In this document: in pieces, positions 9,549-18,738 of the stretch
How the letters are laid out: every line of letters starts with the position of its first letter
Numbering within the stretch: position 1 is the stretch's first letter
Assembly (NCBI GenBank): GCA_043759365.1
Contig: JAYVNB010000119.1
Coordinates: 1-43,570 of the forward strand
Source of the DNA: Bacteriovoracaceae bacterium
Lineage (GTDB): Bacteria > Bdellovibrionota > UBA1018
Length of the DNA: 43,570 nt
Reading direction: 5' to 3'
Notes under the pieces: generated by a model
Database searches by the model: none
Told to the model about the DNA's origin: nothing
The model's input: only the letters and a program-made list of their open reading frames with translations
Translations under genes and position numbers: made by a program

Positions 9549-11363
9549 TCAATTGGCCGGGAAGCGAGTGCCGCCGCCGCAGGAGTTCGCGCCGCTGTAC
9601 GAATCATAGCAGCATTGCGTCCGAGTTCCATCGGATCCCATGACGACCGGCCCACAGAGGGGGTAGGTCGTCCGAACCACGAGGTTCTGACAATCCACTC
9701 CGGGCCTACAGGTGAGGTTGATCGCCATGCCGCGTGACCAAACGCCGTTGGCTCTCTCAATAATCGAAGACGGGCTCTGTTGAGTTTGAGTCTGAGTCTG
9801 GGTCTGGGTTTGAGCTTGGGTCTGGGTTTGGGTTTGGGCCTGAGTTTGGGTCTGAGTTTGGGTCTGGGTCTGGGTCTGGGTCTGAGTTTGGGTCTGAGTC
9901 TGAGTCTGAGTTTGGGTCTGAGTTTGTGTCTGGGTCTGAGTTTGAGTTTGGGTTTGGGTTTGGGTTTGAGCTTGGGTCTGAGTTTGGGTTTGGGTCTGAT
10001 TTCCCGTGCAGCTGGGGTCCTGCGGATTTTGGGCACAGATACAAGTTTGAAATGCAACAGCATTTGCGGTGGTATCACCGCAAGCATAGGTCATATCGGC
10101 TTCGGGATGACCTATGCAGTAGTTGGTGACCGTGCATGTTTGAGCTTGGGTCTGAGCTTGGGTTTGAGCCTGAGTCTGAGTTTGGGTTTGAGCTTGGGTT
10201 TGAGCTTGGGTTTGAGCCTGGGTCTGAGTTTGGGTCTGGGTCTGGGTCTGGGTCTGGGTCTGGGTTTGGGTCTGGGTTTGGGTCTGGGTCTGATTCGTTA
10301 CTCCGCCTTGGCAAGCTAAGACATAGTTCGTTCCCCCGGGAATCTGTTGACAAGCACACCGTGAAATTGAAGGAGACGCGGCTTGATCTCCGCAGGCACC
10401 GTTATTGCCGCCGGGGGACGGGCGAGCGTTGTCAGCCGCATTTGGATAGGGGAAGCAGGGCGTGCCTGTCCGATTGTCAGGATAGCAACCCGCGCGAGGG
10501 GGCGTAGGGACCAAGAACTCGCCCTGATATTTGGACAGGTCAATCGTACCGACTTGATTTGATGAGTTCGGAATCAGGTTGCCGCTCGCGTCCCGATTCA
10601 AGAAGAGGAGAGTACTTCCACTCGGCAGGCTTCCCAGTTTGTCACTGATTTCATAGGTCAGCCGGATGCGAAAGTTCGGCTGGAAGCAAGCTAGGCGCTT
10701 ACTACTACTACTGGGTGGGTTGCCGAAGTCGCAACTCATGCCGACCAATTCGATCACAGGTCGAATGGGGCAATTGAGCGAGGTAGTCGTGTCTTGCCCG
10801 TTTGGACTGTAGAGGCAGGGCGCTCCATTGAGCGAAATTCCCCAGTGGCCGCTGCCGGTCCCACCAAAGGGTGCGGCAGGGGCATTGTCGCGAGAGTCAA
10901 AAGCGACCTTGCCCGGATCTTCGGCTCCGCCCGTCAGAAACGCGCGCGCATGGAGCCTCAGCGGCTGACTACTGATGCTCCATGCGTTCTTTCTCCAGCA
11001 GTCGCCCTGAGGAGGAATATACGCGGGCCCCCCCCCTGTGATTGAAGTCCCCAATCCCCCTAAGGAAGCGCATTTGAGGAGTGAAGTCGCATTGCCCGTA
11101 AAGGCGGCTGGGCTGTTGTTTTCGGTGTCTTCAACCGTGTACTTCCACACCGCGGGATCCGAAAGAATTCGGTTCTGCGTCGAGTTACGGAATTCCTGGA
11201 GGGCAACTTTGATTTTCTGGGCTTGGCTGTTAGCCGTGAAGTTGCCCATCATCTGGGTGGTCAGGTAGAGCACACCGGACGTCAATCCCAAGCCGACCAT
11301 CACGCCGAGCAAGCTTTGCCCGCGACTCCGTGGATTGTTTTTTTGAATCCGCAATCGATCCAA
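9549..11363 (-). CDS. Type IV pilin/pseudopilin-like surface protein with Cys-rich modules and Gln-Thr repeats
   Basis: Basic leader plus G|QSLLGVMVGLGLTSGVLYL hydrophobic helix resembling a class III prepilin signal; many Cys; two (QT/QA)n tracts. Confidence 0.75.
   Translation of the reverse strand: MDRLRIQKNNPRSRGQSLLGVMVGLGLTSGVLYLTTQMMGNFTANSQAQKIKVALQEFRNSTQNRILSDPAVWKYTVEDTENNSPAAFTGNATSLLKCASLGGLGTSITGGGPAYIPPQGDCWRKNAWSISSQPLRLHARAFLTGGAEDPGKVAFDSRDNAPAAPFGGTGSGHWGISLNGAPCLYSPNGQDTTTSLNCPIRPVIELVGMSCDFGNPPSSSSKRLACFQPNFRIRLTYEISDKLGSLPSGSTLLFLNRDASGNLIPNSSNQVGTIDLSKYQGEFLVPTPPRAGCYPDNRTGTPCFPYPNAADNARPSPGGNNGACGDQAASPSISRCACQQIPGGTNYVLACQGGVTNQTQTQTQTQTQTQTQTQTQTQTQTQAQTQAQTQAQTQTQTQAQTQAQTQAQTCTVTNYCIGHPEADMTYACGDTTANAVAFQTCICAQNPQDPSCTGNQTQTQTQTQAQTQTQTQTQTQTQTQTQTQTQTQTQTQTQTQTQTQTQTQTQTQAQTQTQTQAQTQTQTQTQTQQSPSSIIERANGVWSRGMAINLTCRPGVDCQNLVVRTTYPLCGPVVMGSDGTRTQCCYDSYSGANSCGGGTRFPAN
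9780..9998 (-). repeat. Hexanucleotide tandem repeat (ACYCAR/GCYCAR)n encoding the distal QT tract
   Basis: About 36 units of 6 bp with synonymous codon variation. Confidence 0.95.
10137..10292 (-). repeat. Hexanucleotide tandem repeat encoding the proximal QT/QA tract
   Basis: About 26 units of 6 bp; pure QT first, then QAQT. Confidence 0.95.
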
Positions 11364-11519
11364 GATGCGTCCCGCCTTCTCGACTGGCCCTGCTAATCGG
11401 TCTTTCTAGTTTAGCAGCCGGGCATAGTGCCGTAAAAACTTAATTTCCCGATTCGGATTGGCGACTTCGGGTCTGGCGGGACCCAGTCGCGGGTGACACA
11501 CGAAACGAAGCCGGGGATA

Positions 11520-11536
11520 CGGGCATCCCTGTTGCA
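11520..11536 (+). promoter_or_regulatory. Putative sigma-54 (-24/-12) promoter
   Basis: CGGGCATCCCTGTTGCA: GG at 11522-11523, exactly 10 nt, then GC at 11534-11535 inside TTGCA; 40 nt upstream of the ATG at 11576. Confidence 0.55.
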
Positions 11537-11575
11537 TCGTTGAGAAGTACGCGACCGGAACGGGAGGTTCCTCAT

Positions 11576-11977
11576 ATGATACCGCTACGAATCCACAACA
11601 TCCTCGACTACGTGATTGCCGCGGTCTTAATCTTCACGCCTTACCTACTCGGTTTCTCGAGCCTCAATGCTGCCCGAAACGTTTTTGGGATTTTGGGCGT
11701 TTCTTTGGCCGTCTACAGTCTCATCACGGACTACCGCTACTCGATCGCCAAGATTGTGCCGCTCGGAGTGCACATGGCGATGGATGTAGTCACTGGATTC
11801 GGGTTGATGCTCGCTCCTTCGATCTTCGGGTACAGTTCCCTGATCACGGGAACCCAATTTGGTGCTCACTTCGTCCTCGGCTTGGGCGCAGTCGTTTTGG
11901 TGGCCCTGACCTATCCGAAATCCGGCCGAGTCATTCGAGCCAAGAGCGAAAAACCCGAACTCCGTCGAGTCGCCTGA
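11576..11977 (+). CDS. SPW-repeat-like small integral membrane protein
   Basis: Four TM helices as two repeats (HNILDY...TPYLLGF / HMAMDV...APSIFGY); GGAGG RBS at 11563-11567. Confidence 0.8.
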   Translation: MIPLRIHNILDYVIAAVLIFTPYLLGFSSLNAARNVFGILGVSLAVYSLITDYRYSIAKIVPLGVHMAMDVVTGFGLMLAPSIFGYSSLITGTQFGAHFVLGLGAVVLVALTYPKSGRVIRAKSEKPELRRVA

Positions 11978-11993
11978 AGCGGGCTTACGACCG

Positions 11994-14312
11994 TCAAAGT
12001 TCTGTCTTTGGAACGGACACGGGCCAGCGGGCTTCGCAAGAGGTTTCCTTGGGTTCGTGTCCGATTACGTACTTCTCGACCGACACCTGATCGTCGGGGC
12101 AACCGGAGGAAGCCAGTTTGCCGGTTCTGCGATCGATGCGCGATGCAGTCAGGTTGGGACTGATCGGAAACACGGCAGGAGGCTCGCCGGCGAGAGCCTC
12201 TTTCATGAAGTTCACCCAGATTGGAAGGGCTGAGTTCGCGCCTGTGAATTTGAGCTTACCTGCGCTCACGGTATGATCTTGATCGGCCCCCACCCAGACG
12301 ACTGCCGTCAACTGCGGCGTATAGCCTGCGAACCAGGCATCGCGATACTGACTGGTGGTTCCGGTCTTACCGGCGGCCGGCCGGTCGAAGCCCATCTTGA
12401 TCGCACCGGCCGCAGTTCCATCCACAAATACGTTTTGAAGCATGTCCGTGAGGAGGTCGACAGAGCCGGCGGGATAAAGCTGCTTGGGATGATAAATGAA
12501 CCGTGCGTAATCGCTAGCGTCGTTGTTTGCGATGCCGCGGATGACGGTGAGGTCGTCGCGTGAACCGTGATTGGCGAGGGTGGCATAGGCGCGCAGGAGT
12601 TCGATGGGAGAAAGCTCGGCAACTCCGAGGGAGAGGGAGGGGACTGACGGAAGGTCGGATTCAATCCCGAGTGCTCGCGCGGTCTCGATGATCTTGGGGA
12701 GGCCTACTTCCATGCCCAGGCGGGCGGCCACGGTGTTGATGGAATGGGCGAGTGCCTCGCGAGAGGAGATCCATCCTCGATAGCCATTTTCATAATTCCT
12801 GGGGTTCCAAGTCTGGCGACCATGATCATAACTGAGCTTCCAAGGTCCGTCCTCTTCCGGATGTCCGGGCCCGTAGGGAACTCCGGCCGCATCCCCGCCC
12901 TTGTCGATCGCCGCTAGATAGACGAACGGTTTGAACGTCGATCCCACCTGACGTTTCATGTTCAGGATGCGGTTGAAGTTCGATTGGGCATAGCTGCGAC
13001 CCCCGATCAAGGCCCGGATATAGCCACTCGACTGATCGACCGCAGCGAGCGCGCCTTCGATCCTGACAGTCGCGGGAATCCCCATCTGCTTCTCAAGATC
13101 AACGATGCCCGAAGCGACCGCACGCTGCGCGGAGGAGTTCAATTGCGAATCCAACGTCGTGTAGACCCGGAGTCCTGCCGCCGGGATATCGGCCTCCGCG
13201 ACTTTGCCCTTCAGTTGTCGAATCAGTTCAGCTTTGACGTAGTCCGTGAAGTAAGGCGCCCGCGAAAGGGAATTCTGGGGCGGAGCGAGGCGGAAAGGGG
13301 AGTTTGCGGCGGCCTGTGCCTCGCCGTCTGCGATGTAGCCAGCATCGAGCATCTTCTTGAGCACGAATTTCTCGCGCTCGACGGCGCGGTCCAGATGCTT
13401 GTAGGGATTGTAGAACCCGACACCTCGGTTCACTCCCGCCAGCATCGCCGCTTCTGCGAGGTTCAAATCGGCCACGCGCTTGCCGAAAAAATACTTCGCG
13501 CCTTCGCTGATCCCGTGAACCTCGAGATTGCCGACTTGGCCTAGATACACTTCGTTGAGGTAGCGCTCGAGGATCTGCTCTTTGGAGTATTTGACCTCGA
13601 GCAGGATCGCGAGCAGGAATTCGTTGGCCTTCAGGAAAAAGCTTTTCGAGTGACGGGCCATGAGGTTTTTGACGAGCTGTTGCGTGATTGTGCTGCCTCC
13701 TTGCGCGCGGGAGAGGGTTTTCAAGTCCACCCACAGCGCGCGTGCGAGACCCCGTGGATCGAAGCCACCATGCTCCAAGAACCGGGGGTCTTCGACCGCG
13801 ATGAAGGCCTTCCAGATCGGCGCAGGAATTTCGCTGAACTTCAGGTATTCGCGGATCTCCTTGTTGGGCGCATCGCCGCCCGTGCGGGAGAGCGTCGCGA
13901 TCAGCTCAGGCTCAAGGTAGAGCTCCGGGACTTCTTGCCCCCCCACTTGAATCGATGAAAGGAGAGCGCCCTTTTCGATTCCGTCGAAGTGGAGAGTCAC
14001 TTCCCTTTCTCCTGCCGTGAGCGTCGGATGATCCTCCGGCAGTAAGTAGGTGGGATAATTGAGCGAGTGGAACTTGAAGACCAGGGTGGCGTCCTGGTGC
14101 GTCGGGCTGTAGCCCAATCGGGTCAAGCGCTCTTCGACGGCTGCACGTGGTTGAGGAGCACTGAGGCGCGCTGCATCGGAATAAATCCGAGTGGGGATGA
14201 ACTGCTCTTGGCGATCAAAGGAGACTTCGAGCTGTTGATAGAGTCGGTAGAGATAAATAGGAAAAGACCCGGCGACGAGCGCGGACAAAGCCGCTGCAAT
14301 GCGTAAGCTCAT
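11994..14312 (-). CDS. mrcB: Class A penicillin-binding protein (PBP1B-like transglycosylase/transpeptidase)
   Basis: TG motifs EDPRFLEHGG and GGSTITQQLVKN; TP motifs STFK, SIN, KTG; UB2H-like LTRLGY segment; AAGGAG RBS before the ATG at 14312. Confidence 0.88.
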   Translation of the reverse strand: MSLRIAAALSALVAGSFPIYLYRLYQQLEVSFDRQEQFIPTRIYSDAARLSAPQPRAAVEERLTRLGYSPTHQDATLVFKFHSLNYPTYLLPEDHPTLTAGEREVTLHFDGIEKGALLSSIQVGGQEVPELYLEPELIATLSRTGGDAPNKEIREYLKFSEIPAPIWKAFIAVEDPRFLEHGGFDPRGLARALWVDLKTLSRAQGGSTITQQLVKNLMARHSKSFFLKANEFLLAILLEVKYSKEQILERYLNEVYLGQVGNLEVHGISEGAKYFFGKRVADLNLAEAAMLAGVNRGVGFYNPYKHLDRAVEREKFVLKKMLDAGYIADGEAQAAANSPFRLAPPQNSLSRAPYFTDYVKAELIRQLKGKVAEADIPAAGLRVYTTLDSQLNSSAQRAVASGIVDLEKQMGIPATVRIEGALAAVDQSSGYIRALIGGRSYAQSNFNRILNMKRQVGSTFKPFVYLAAIDKGGDAAGVPYGPGHPEEDGPWKLSYDHGRQTWNPRNYENGYRGWISSREALAHSINTVAARLGMEVGLPKIIETARALGIESDLPSVPSLSLGVAELSPIELLRAYATLANHGSRDDLTVIRGIANNDASDYARFIYHPKQLYPAGSVDLLTDMLQNVFVDGTAAGAIKMGFDRPAAGKTGTTSQYRDAWFAGYTPQLTAVVWVGADQDHTVSAGKLKFTGANSALPIWVNFMKEALAGEPPAVFPISPNLTASRIDRRTGKLASSGCPDDQVSVEKYVIGHEPKETSCEARWPVSVPKTEL

Positions 14313-14401
14313 TTTATCTCCTTGACTGCACTCGGGTCGGTCAATAAAACCTGACATACCTTGTTGAGTTGAGCAAGTGTACGTACAAAAAGGGGTAATT
14401 C

Positions 14402-15925
14402 ATGTTCTTGGCTGTCTTGGCGCTTATTTCTGCGACCACTTCACACGCGATGGATCTCGATTGGTCGGGACAGTTTCGCGCGGAAGCCCACTGGGTGAAG
14501 AACTACAATTTGGACAACGGGCTCATTCCCGGCACTGACCCTCGCAACACCTCGGGCGGCTATTACATCCCCGGTGGCGGATCCGACTCCGCACACTTCC
14601 AGTCGTTGTTCATGCGCTTGCGTCCCAAGCTCATCGTAAACGACAACGTGTACATCAAATCAGAATTCTGGCTCGGCAACCCGATCTTCGGTTTCTACGG
14701 CGATTCCGCGCCATTCAATCGCGACGAGCGACAATACTACTCCACGCAGTCGCGCGGTTCGAGCATCACTGCCCAGCGTTTCTGGGCTGAGTTCCTCACC
14801 GATGTCGGAACTGTTCAAGTTGGACGCGCGCCGCTCGACTGGGGTTTGGGGATCGTTTGGAGCGCGGGCGACGGCCTTTTCGACCGCTATCAATCCACCG
14901 GAGACGTGGTTCGCCTGATCTCCAAGTTCGGTTCGTTCTCATTCATCCCAAGCGTCGTGAAGTACTCGCTCGGCAATAACATCGGCGGCGCGTACAACCA
15001 AGTCGCGGGCGGTTCCGCTCAAGGCGGCGGCGGCGTTTCCGACTACTCCCTCGAGTTTAAATACGAGAACCCTGACGAGGATTTCGAGGGCGGGGTGAAC
15101 TTCATCAAGCGGATTGCCGGAGCGGCGCAGTTTGCAAGCGATCCGAACTCGGGCTTCTTGGGCGTCGGCAACAACGCCGGCACCAACGCCGTCCAAACAC
15201 CCTCGGGCGTGAATTACAATACCTGGGACCTTTATGGCAAAAAGAAGTTCGGCAAGGTCACCTTGGCCGCCGAACTCCCGATCACTTCGGGGGATATCGC
15301 TGGTCTCGAATACAAGACCTTCGCGGCTGCCCTCGAAGGCAAGGTCGATTGGACCGACTCCTGGGAGACCAATGTCCGCGCCGGCCACGCGCCAGGACAG
15401 CCGAACATCTCGGGTGCTTCCACGGACAAGTACCGGGCGTTCTATTTCAATCCGAACTACAAGCTCGGCTTGATCATGTTCAACTACCAACTGCGGAACT
15501 TCGCCGGACCGAACTCTCAAAACAATCCAGGGACTGCCGCAAGTTCCCTGAGCTCCCCCTACGACAACCCGATCGTCAACGCGAACTACCTCAACGTCGG
15601 TGGCGCTTACAAAACCGACAAGTGGCGGTTCAAGGCTAATTACATCGTGGCCGGTGCTCGCGAAGCGGCAGCGGGGACCCAGGGATTCTTCAACACTTGG
15701 GACCACCGGTATGTCGGTAAAGTGGCGGCTGCCCCAGACCAAAAGACCAGCCTCGGTTGGGAAATGGATTACGGCCTCGAGTTCCATTGGGACGAAGGCT
15801 TCGTGCTCGGTGCGGACGCGGGCTGGTTCTTTCCGGGCGACTTCTACAAGTTCTCCAACACGGCCACCGAGAACAACACCAACTCGGTATTCGCAACGGT
15901 GTTCCGTGCAGGCGTCAACTTCTGA
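14402..15925 (+). CDS. Outer-membrane beta-barrel protein (porin-like)
   Basis: Signal peptide (SHA|MD), amphipathic strands rich in G/N/Y/F, C-terminal Phe (FRAGVNF). Confidence 0.8.
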   Translation: MFLAVLALISATTSHAMDLDWSGQFRAEAHWVKNYNLDNGLIPGTDPRNTSGGYYIPGGGSDSAHFQSLFMRLRPKLIVNDNVYIKSEFWLGNPIFGFYGDSAPFNRDERQYYSTQSRGSSITAQRFWAEFLTDVGTVQVGRAPLDWGLGIVWSAGDGLFDRYQSTGDVVRLISKFGSFSFIPSVVKYSLGNNIGGAYNQVAGGSAQGGGGVSDYSLEFKYENPDEDFEGGVNFIKRIAGAAQFASDPNSGFLGVGNNAGTNAVQTPSGVNYNTWDLYGKKKFGKVTLAAELPITSGDIAGLEYKTFAAALEGKVDWTDSWETNVRAGHAPGQPNISGASTDKYRAFYFNPNYKLGLIMFNYQLRNFAGPNSQNNPGTAASSLSSPYDNPIVNANYLNVGGAYKTDKWRFKANYIVAGAREAAAGTQGFFNTWDHRYVGKVAAAPDQKTSLGWEMDYGLEFHWDEGFVLGADAGWFFPGDFYKFSNTATENNTNSVFATVFRAGVNF

Positions 15926-15952
15926 TTCTCGGCCCATCGATCGGGGATCGAC

Positions 15953-16591
15953 TTGTACATCCCGAGCCATAATCTCGAACTGGACCGCTCGCGCATCCTC
16001 AGGCTGATGCGCGAGCATCCTTTTGCCACTTTGATCAGTTCGGATCCTCGGTCCCCGTCCTCCGAGCCGTTCCTCAGTCACTTTCCCCTGCTTGCTTCTG
16101 AGAGCACTTCGTCCGGTGGGAGCATTCGGATCGAAGGACATATGTCGCGGCAAAACCCGCAGTGGCAGCATTTTGCGGCCGGCGCGGTCGCGGTCGCTGT
16201 TTTTCACGGCCCTCACGCCTACATTACTCCGGTTTGGTACGAGGAGGACGATGTCCCGACCTGGAACTACGCGGTCGTCCACGCCCGGGGGGACGTTCGA
16301 ATCATCGACGATGCTCCCGGAATGCTCAAGATCCTGGCTGCGGTCGTGAATCGGTTCGAAGGCACTCCTTCGGAAAGCCGCTGGAAATTCAGGCTTCCCG
16401 AGGATCTGGCGAGAGCCGAGGTCCTGGGGGCGTCGATTGTTGGCTTTGAGATCACCGTCACCGCGATCGAAGCCAAGTTCAAGCTGAGCCAAAACCGATC
16501 AGCGGAAGACCGCCGCCGGGTCATCGCCGGCCTCAAGGCCCGAGGCGATGACGAAAGCTTGGGAGTCGCGCGCTGGATGGAACTGGCTTAG
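15953..16591 (+). CDS. paiB: PaiB-family FMN-binding split-barrel protein
   Basis: MYIP start, HPFATLIS, GPHAYITPVWY, VPTWNYAVVH, KFKLSQNRS. Confidence 0.9.
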   Translation: MYIPSHNLELDRSRILRLMREHPFATLISSDPRSPSSEPFLSHFPLLASESTSSGGSIRIEGHMSRQNPQWQHFAAGAVAVAVFHGPHAYITPVWYEEDDVPTWNYAVVHARGDVRIIDDAPGMLKILAAVVNRFEGTPSESRWKFRLPEDLARAEVLGASIVGFEITVTAIEAKFKLSQNRSAEDRRRVIAGLKARGDDESLGVARWMELA

Positions 16592-17643
16592 GTCGCCAGA
16601 CTCGGGGTGTGAGCGGGATTGCCCGGATGCTGAGGAGGGATCGGTCGAGGACCGTGTCCTTCCGGAATCGCCATCGTGGGTTCCGTTCCAGCAGCCTGCC
16701 GCTCCAATCGGCCTTCGCGAACCACGCGGCTGTAGAGGCTGAGTTTCTTGTCCCAGATGAACTGGAGGAGGAGTCCCGGCCAGGACTTGTGCGCATGGAG
16801 ATGCTCGTAAAACTCGGGCGCCATGGCCTTGACTTGGGGGAGCTTGGACCAAGGAACGACCATGAGGTCATGGTGCTCGTTATGGTAGCCGACGTTGAAT
16901 GCGATCTTATTCAGGGGCCCGTAGTAGGAGTAGGTCTCCTGCCCCGCCTTGACCACATAGTGCTCTTGGATCCAACGGCCACCGACCGGGTGAAGCCCGA
17001 CCGAGAAAAGCGTCGAGACCGCGAGGTACAGGATCGCCATGGGTCCGATCGCCCAGAAGATCAAAGCCAGGAACGAGAGTTCGACCCCGATATTGGTGAC
17101 GACCCAGCGGTCCCACAGATTCACGCTCTTCAGGCGCGCCGGACGAACGACGCCTTCGATGAAGAAAAAAAAGAGAAGCCAAAGGGCTTTCAGGGTCCGG
17201 GAGTTGCCGACGATCTTGGCTTCAATCGGACCCGCCAAATCGGCGTCCCGGTCGAATTCGCCCTGATACCGGTGATGAAGCAGGTGATAGGTGCGGAAGC
17301 CCATGGCGGAAGGAAAAACGATCGGCAGGTTCGCGATCATCCCCGCCCAGCGGTTTGCCGCTGAGCTTTTGAAAATCAAGTTGTGAGTCGCATCATGGAT
17401 CATCACAAATAGCGCATGGTTGGCGTAGGCTCCGATCGCGAAACCGAGAGCGACGACCAGCCAGGGTGAGGAGTCCTTGAGGGCGAATGCCATTCCGATC
17501 TGGAGGAGGACGACTCCTGACAGCCAGATCATCGTCGAGGGAGTGTTCCCAAAGAGCGTCTTGATCTCGGGATGGCGTGCGACGATTTGTTTCAAACGTC
17601 CCAAATGCGGTTCCGGATAATCGACTGCGTGGTACTGGTCCAT
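16588..17643 (-). CDS. Membrane fatty acid desaturase, DEGS1/2-like sphingolipid Delta4-desaturase/C4-hydroxylase
   Basis: Three His boxes (HDATH, HLLHH, HNEHH); N-terminal EPH...HPEIK.L motif; SYYGPLN, FNVGYHNEHHD, APEFY. Start at 17643 or 17652. Confidence 0.85.
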   Translation of the reverse strand: MDQYHAVDYPEPHLGRLKQIVARHPEIKTLFGNTPSTMIWLSGVVLLQIGMAFALKDSSPWLVVALGFAIGAYANHALFVMIHDATHNLIFKSSAANRWAGMIANLPIVFPSAMGFRTYHLLHHRYQGEFDRDADLAGPIEAKIVGNSRTLKALWLLFFFFIEGVVRPARLKSVNLWDRWVVTNIGVELSFLALIFWAIGPMAILYLAVSTLFSVGLHPVGGRWIQEHYVVKAGQETYSYYGPLNKIAFNVGYHNEHHDLMVVPWSKLPQVKAMAPEFYEHLHAHKSWPGLLLQFIWDKKLSLYSRVVREGRLERQAAGTEPTMAIPEGHGPRPIPPQHPGNPAHTPSLAT

Positions 17644-17691
17644 ATTGAGCATCTTGGCCTGCAGATTAGGTGAAAACCAGGGACAACACAA

Positions 17692-18738
17692 ATGCGAAGA
17701 ACTCTCACTTTGGTGAAGCACGGCCGCCCGCAGGGGGCCTTTCGAATCAGCGAAACCGGCGATTTGCGACCTGGCCGGGGAGAGGTGAGGATTCAAGTCG
17801 AATATTCAGGGCTTAACTTCGCGGATGTGATGGCCCGGCAGGGACTTTATCCCGATGCTCCCCCGCTTCCCAGCGTCCTGGGCTACGAAGTCGTGGGAAG
17901 GGTCGACTCAGTAGGAGAAGGCGCGCTGCATCGCAGAGTGGGAGAGCGTGTTCTCGCTTTCACCCGCTTCGGAGGATACTCGTCCCAATTGGTCGTCTCC
18001 GAACTGACGGTGATCCCCATCCCCGAAGACATGGACGGCGCTTCGGCAACAGCATTGGCCACCCAATTCACCACGGGCTACTTCGCCGCCGAGGAAATGG
18101 TGAGGCTTCACTCCGGAGATCGGGTCCTCATCCAAGCGGCGGCGGGGGGAGTAGGGGTCGCCTTGGTCCAGCTGGCCAAACGCAAGGGATGCACGGTAAT
18201 CGGCTTGACCGGCTCCTCCTCGAAGCTTGGCTTTCTTCGGGAGCTGGGAGTGGATCATCCCTTGGACTCCTCGACCGGGGATTGGGTGAAAGAGGTTCGG
18301 GGTCTCATCGGCACAAAGGGACTCGACGTCGCCTTTGACTCCCTAGGCGGAAAGCCCGCTCGCCAAGCCTGGAAACTCCTGGGAAGCGGAGGTCGCCTGG
18401 TCTGTTTCGGGGTCGCGGGAATGGCCGGCGATCGCAAGAACCTTTTTCGTTCTTTGGGCACGGTCGCGGGATTCGGATTGCTGTCGCCGCTGGAGTTCCT
18501 CATTCAGTCCAAAGCACTCGTCGGAGTGAACATGCTGCGGATCGCCGACTCTCGACCCGAGATTCTGGCGCGCGCGATGGGTGAGGTCGTGAAGCTCGCG
18601 GCTCGCGGTGAGCTCAAGCCCCACGTAGGGAAGGTGTTCGCTGCTGAGGAAATCGCTGAAGCGCACGACTACCTGGGGTCGCGACAGTCAATCGGCAAAG
18701 TCGCTGTGAAGTGGGCTACTGGACCAGGAACTGGGTGA
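17692..18738 (+). CDS. MDR-superfamily NADPH:quinone oxidoreductase (VAT-1-like)
   Basis: GLNFADVMARQGLY, LGYEVVG, AAAGGVG nucleotide-binding motif, IGKV; no Zn-ligand Cys cluster. Confidence 0.9.
   Translation: MRRTLTLVKHGRPQGAFRISETGDLRPGRGEVRIQVEYSGLNFADVMARQGLYPDAPPLPSVLGYEVVGRVDSVGEGALHRRVGERVLAFTRFGGYSSQLVVSELTVIPIPEDMDGASATALATQFTTGYFAAEEMVRLHSGDRVLIQAAAGGVGVALVQLAKRKGCTVIGLTGSSSKLGFLRELGVDHPLDSSTGDWVKEVRGLIGTKGLDVAFDSLGGKPARQAWKLLGSGGRLVCFGVAGMAGDRKNLFRSLGTVAGFGLLSPLEFLIQSKALVGVNMLRIADSRPEILARAMGEVVKLAARGELKPHVGKVFAAEEIAEAHDYLGSRQSIGKVAVKWATGPGTG

Noticed and set aside
9780-10292. Repeat region as a CRISPR array or frameshifting contingency repeat
   Set aside because: No repeat-spacer structure and no cas genes; 6-bp units preserve the reading frame.
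9464-10507. ORFs rich in PKLR, GL/SL, DP/NP or GS/EF repeats
   Set aside because: Alternative-frame and antisense readings of the stop-free hexamer repeats in the QT-repeat gene.
14939-16492. 517-aa antisense ORF
   Set aside because: Shadow of the barrel and paiB genes; long antisense ORFs are common at high GC.
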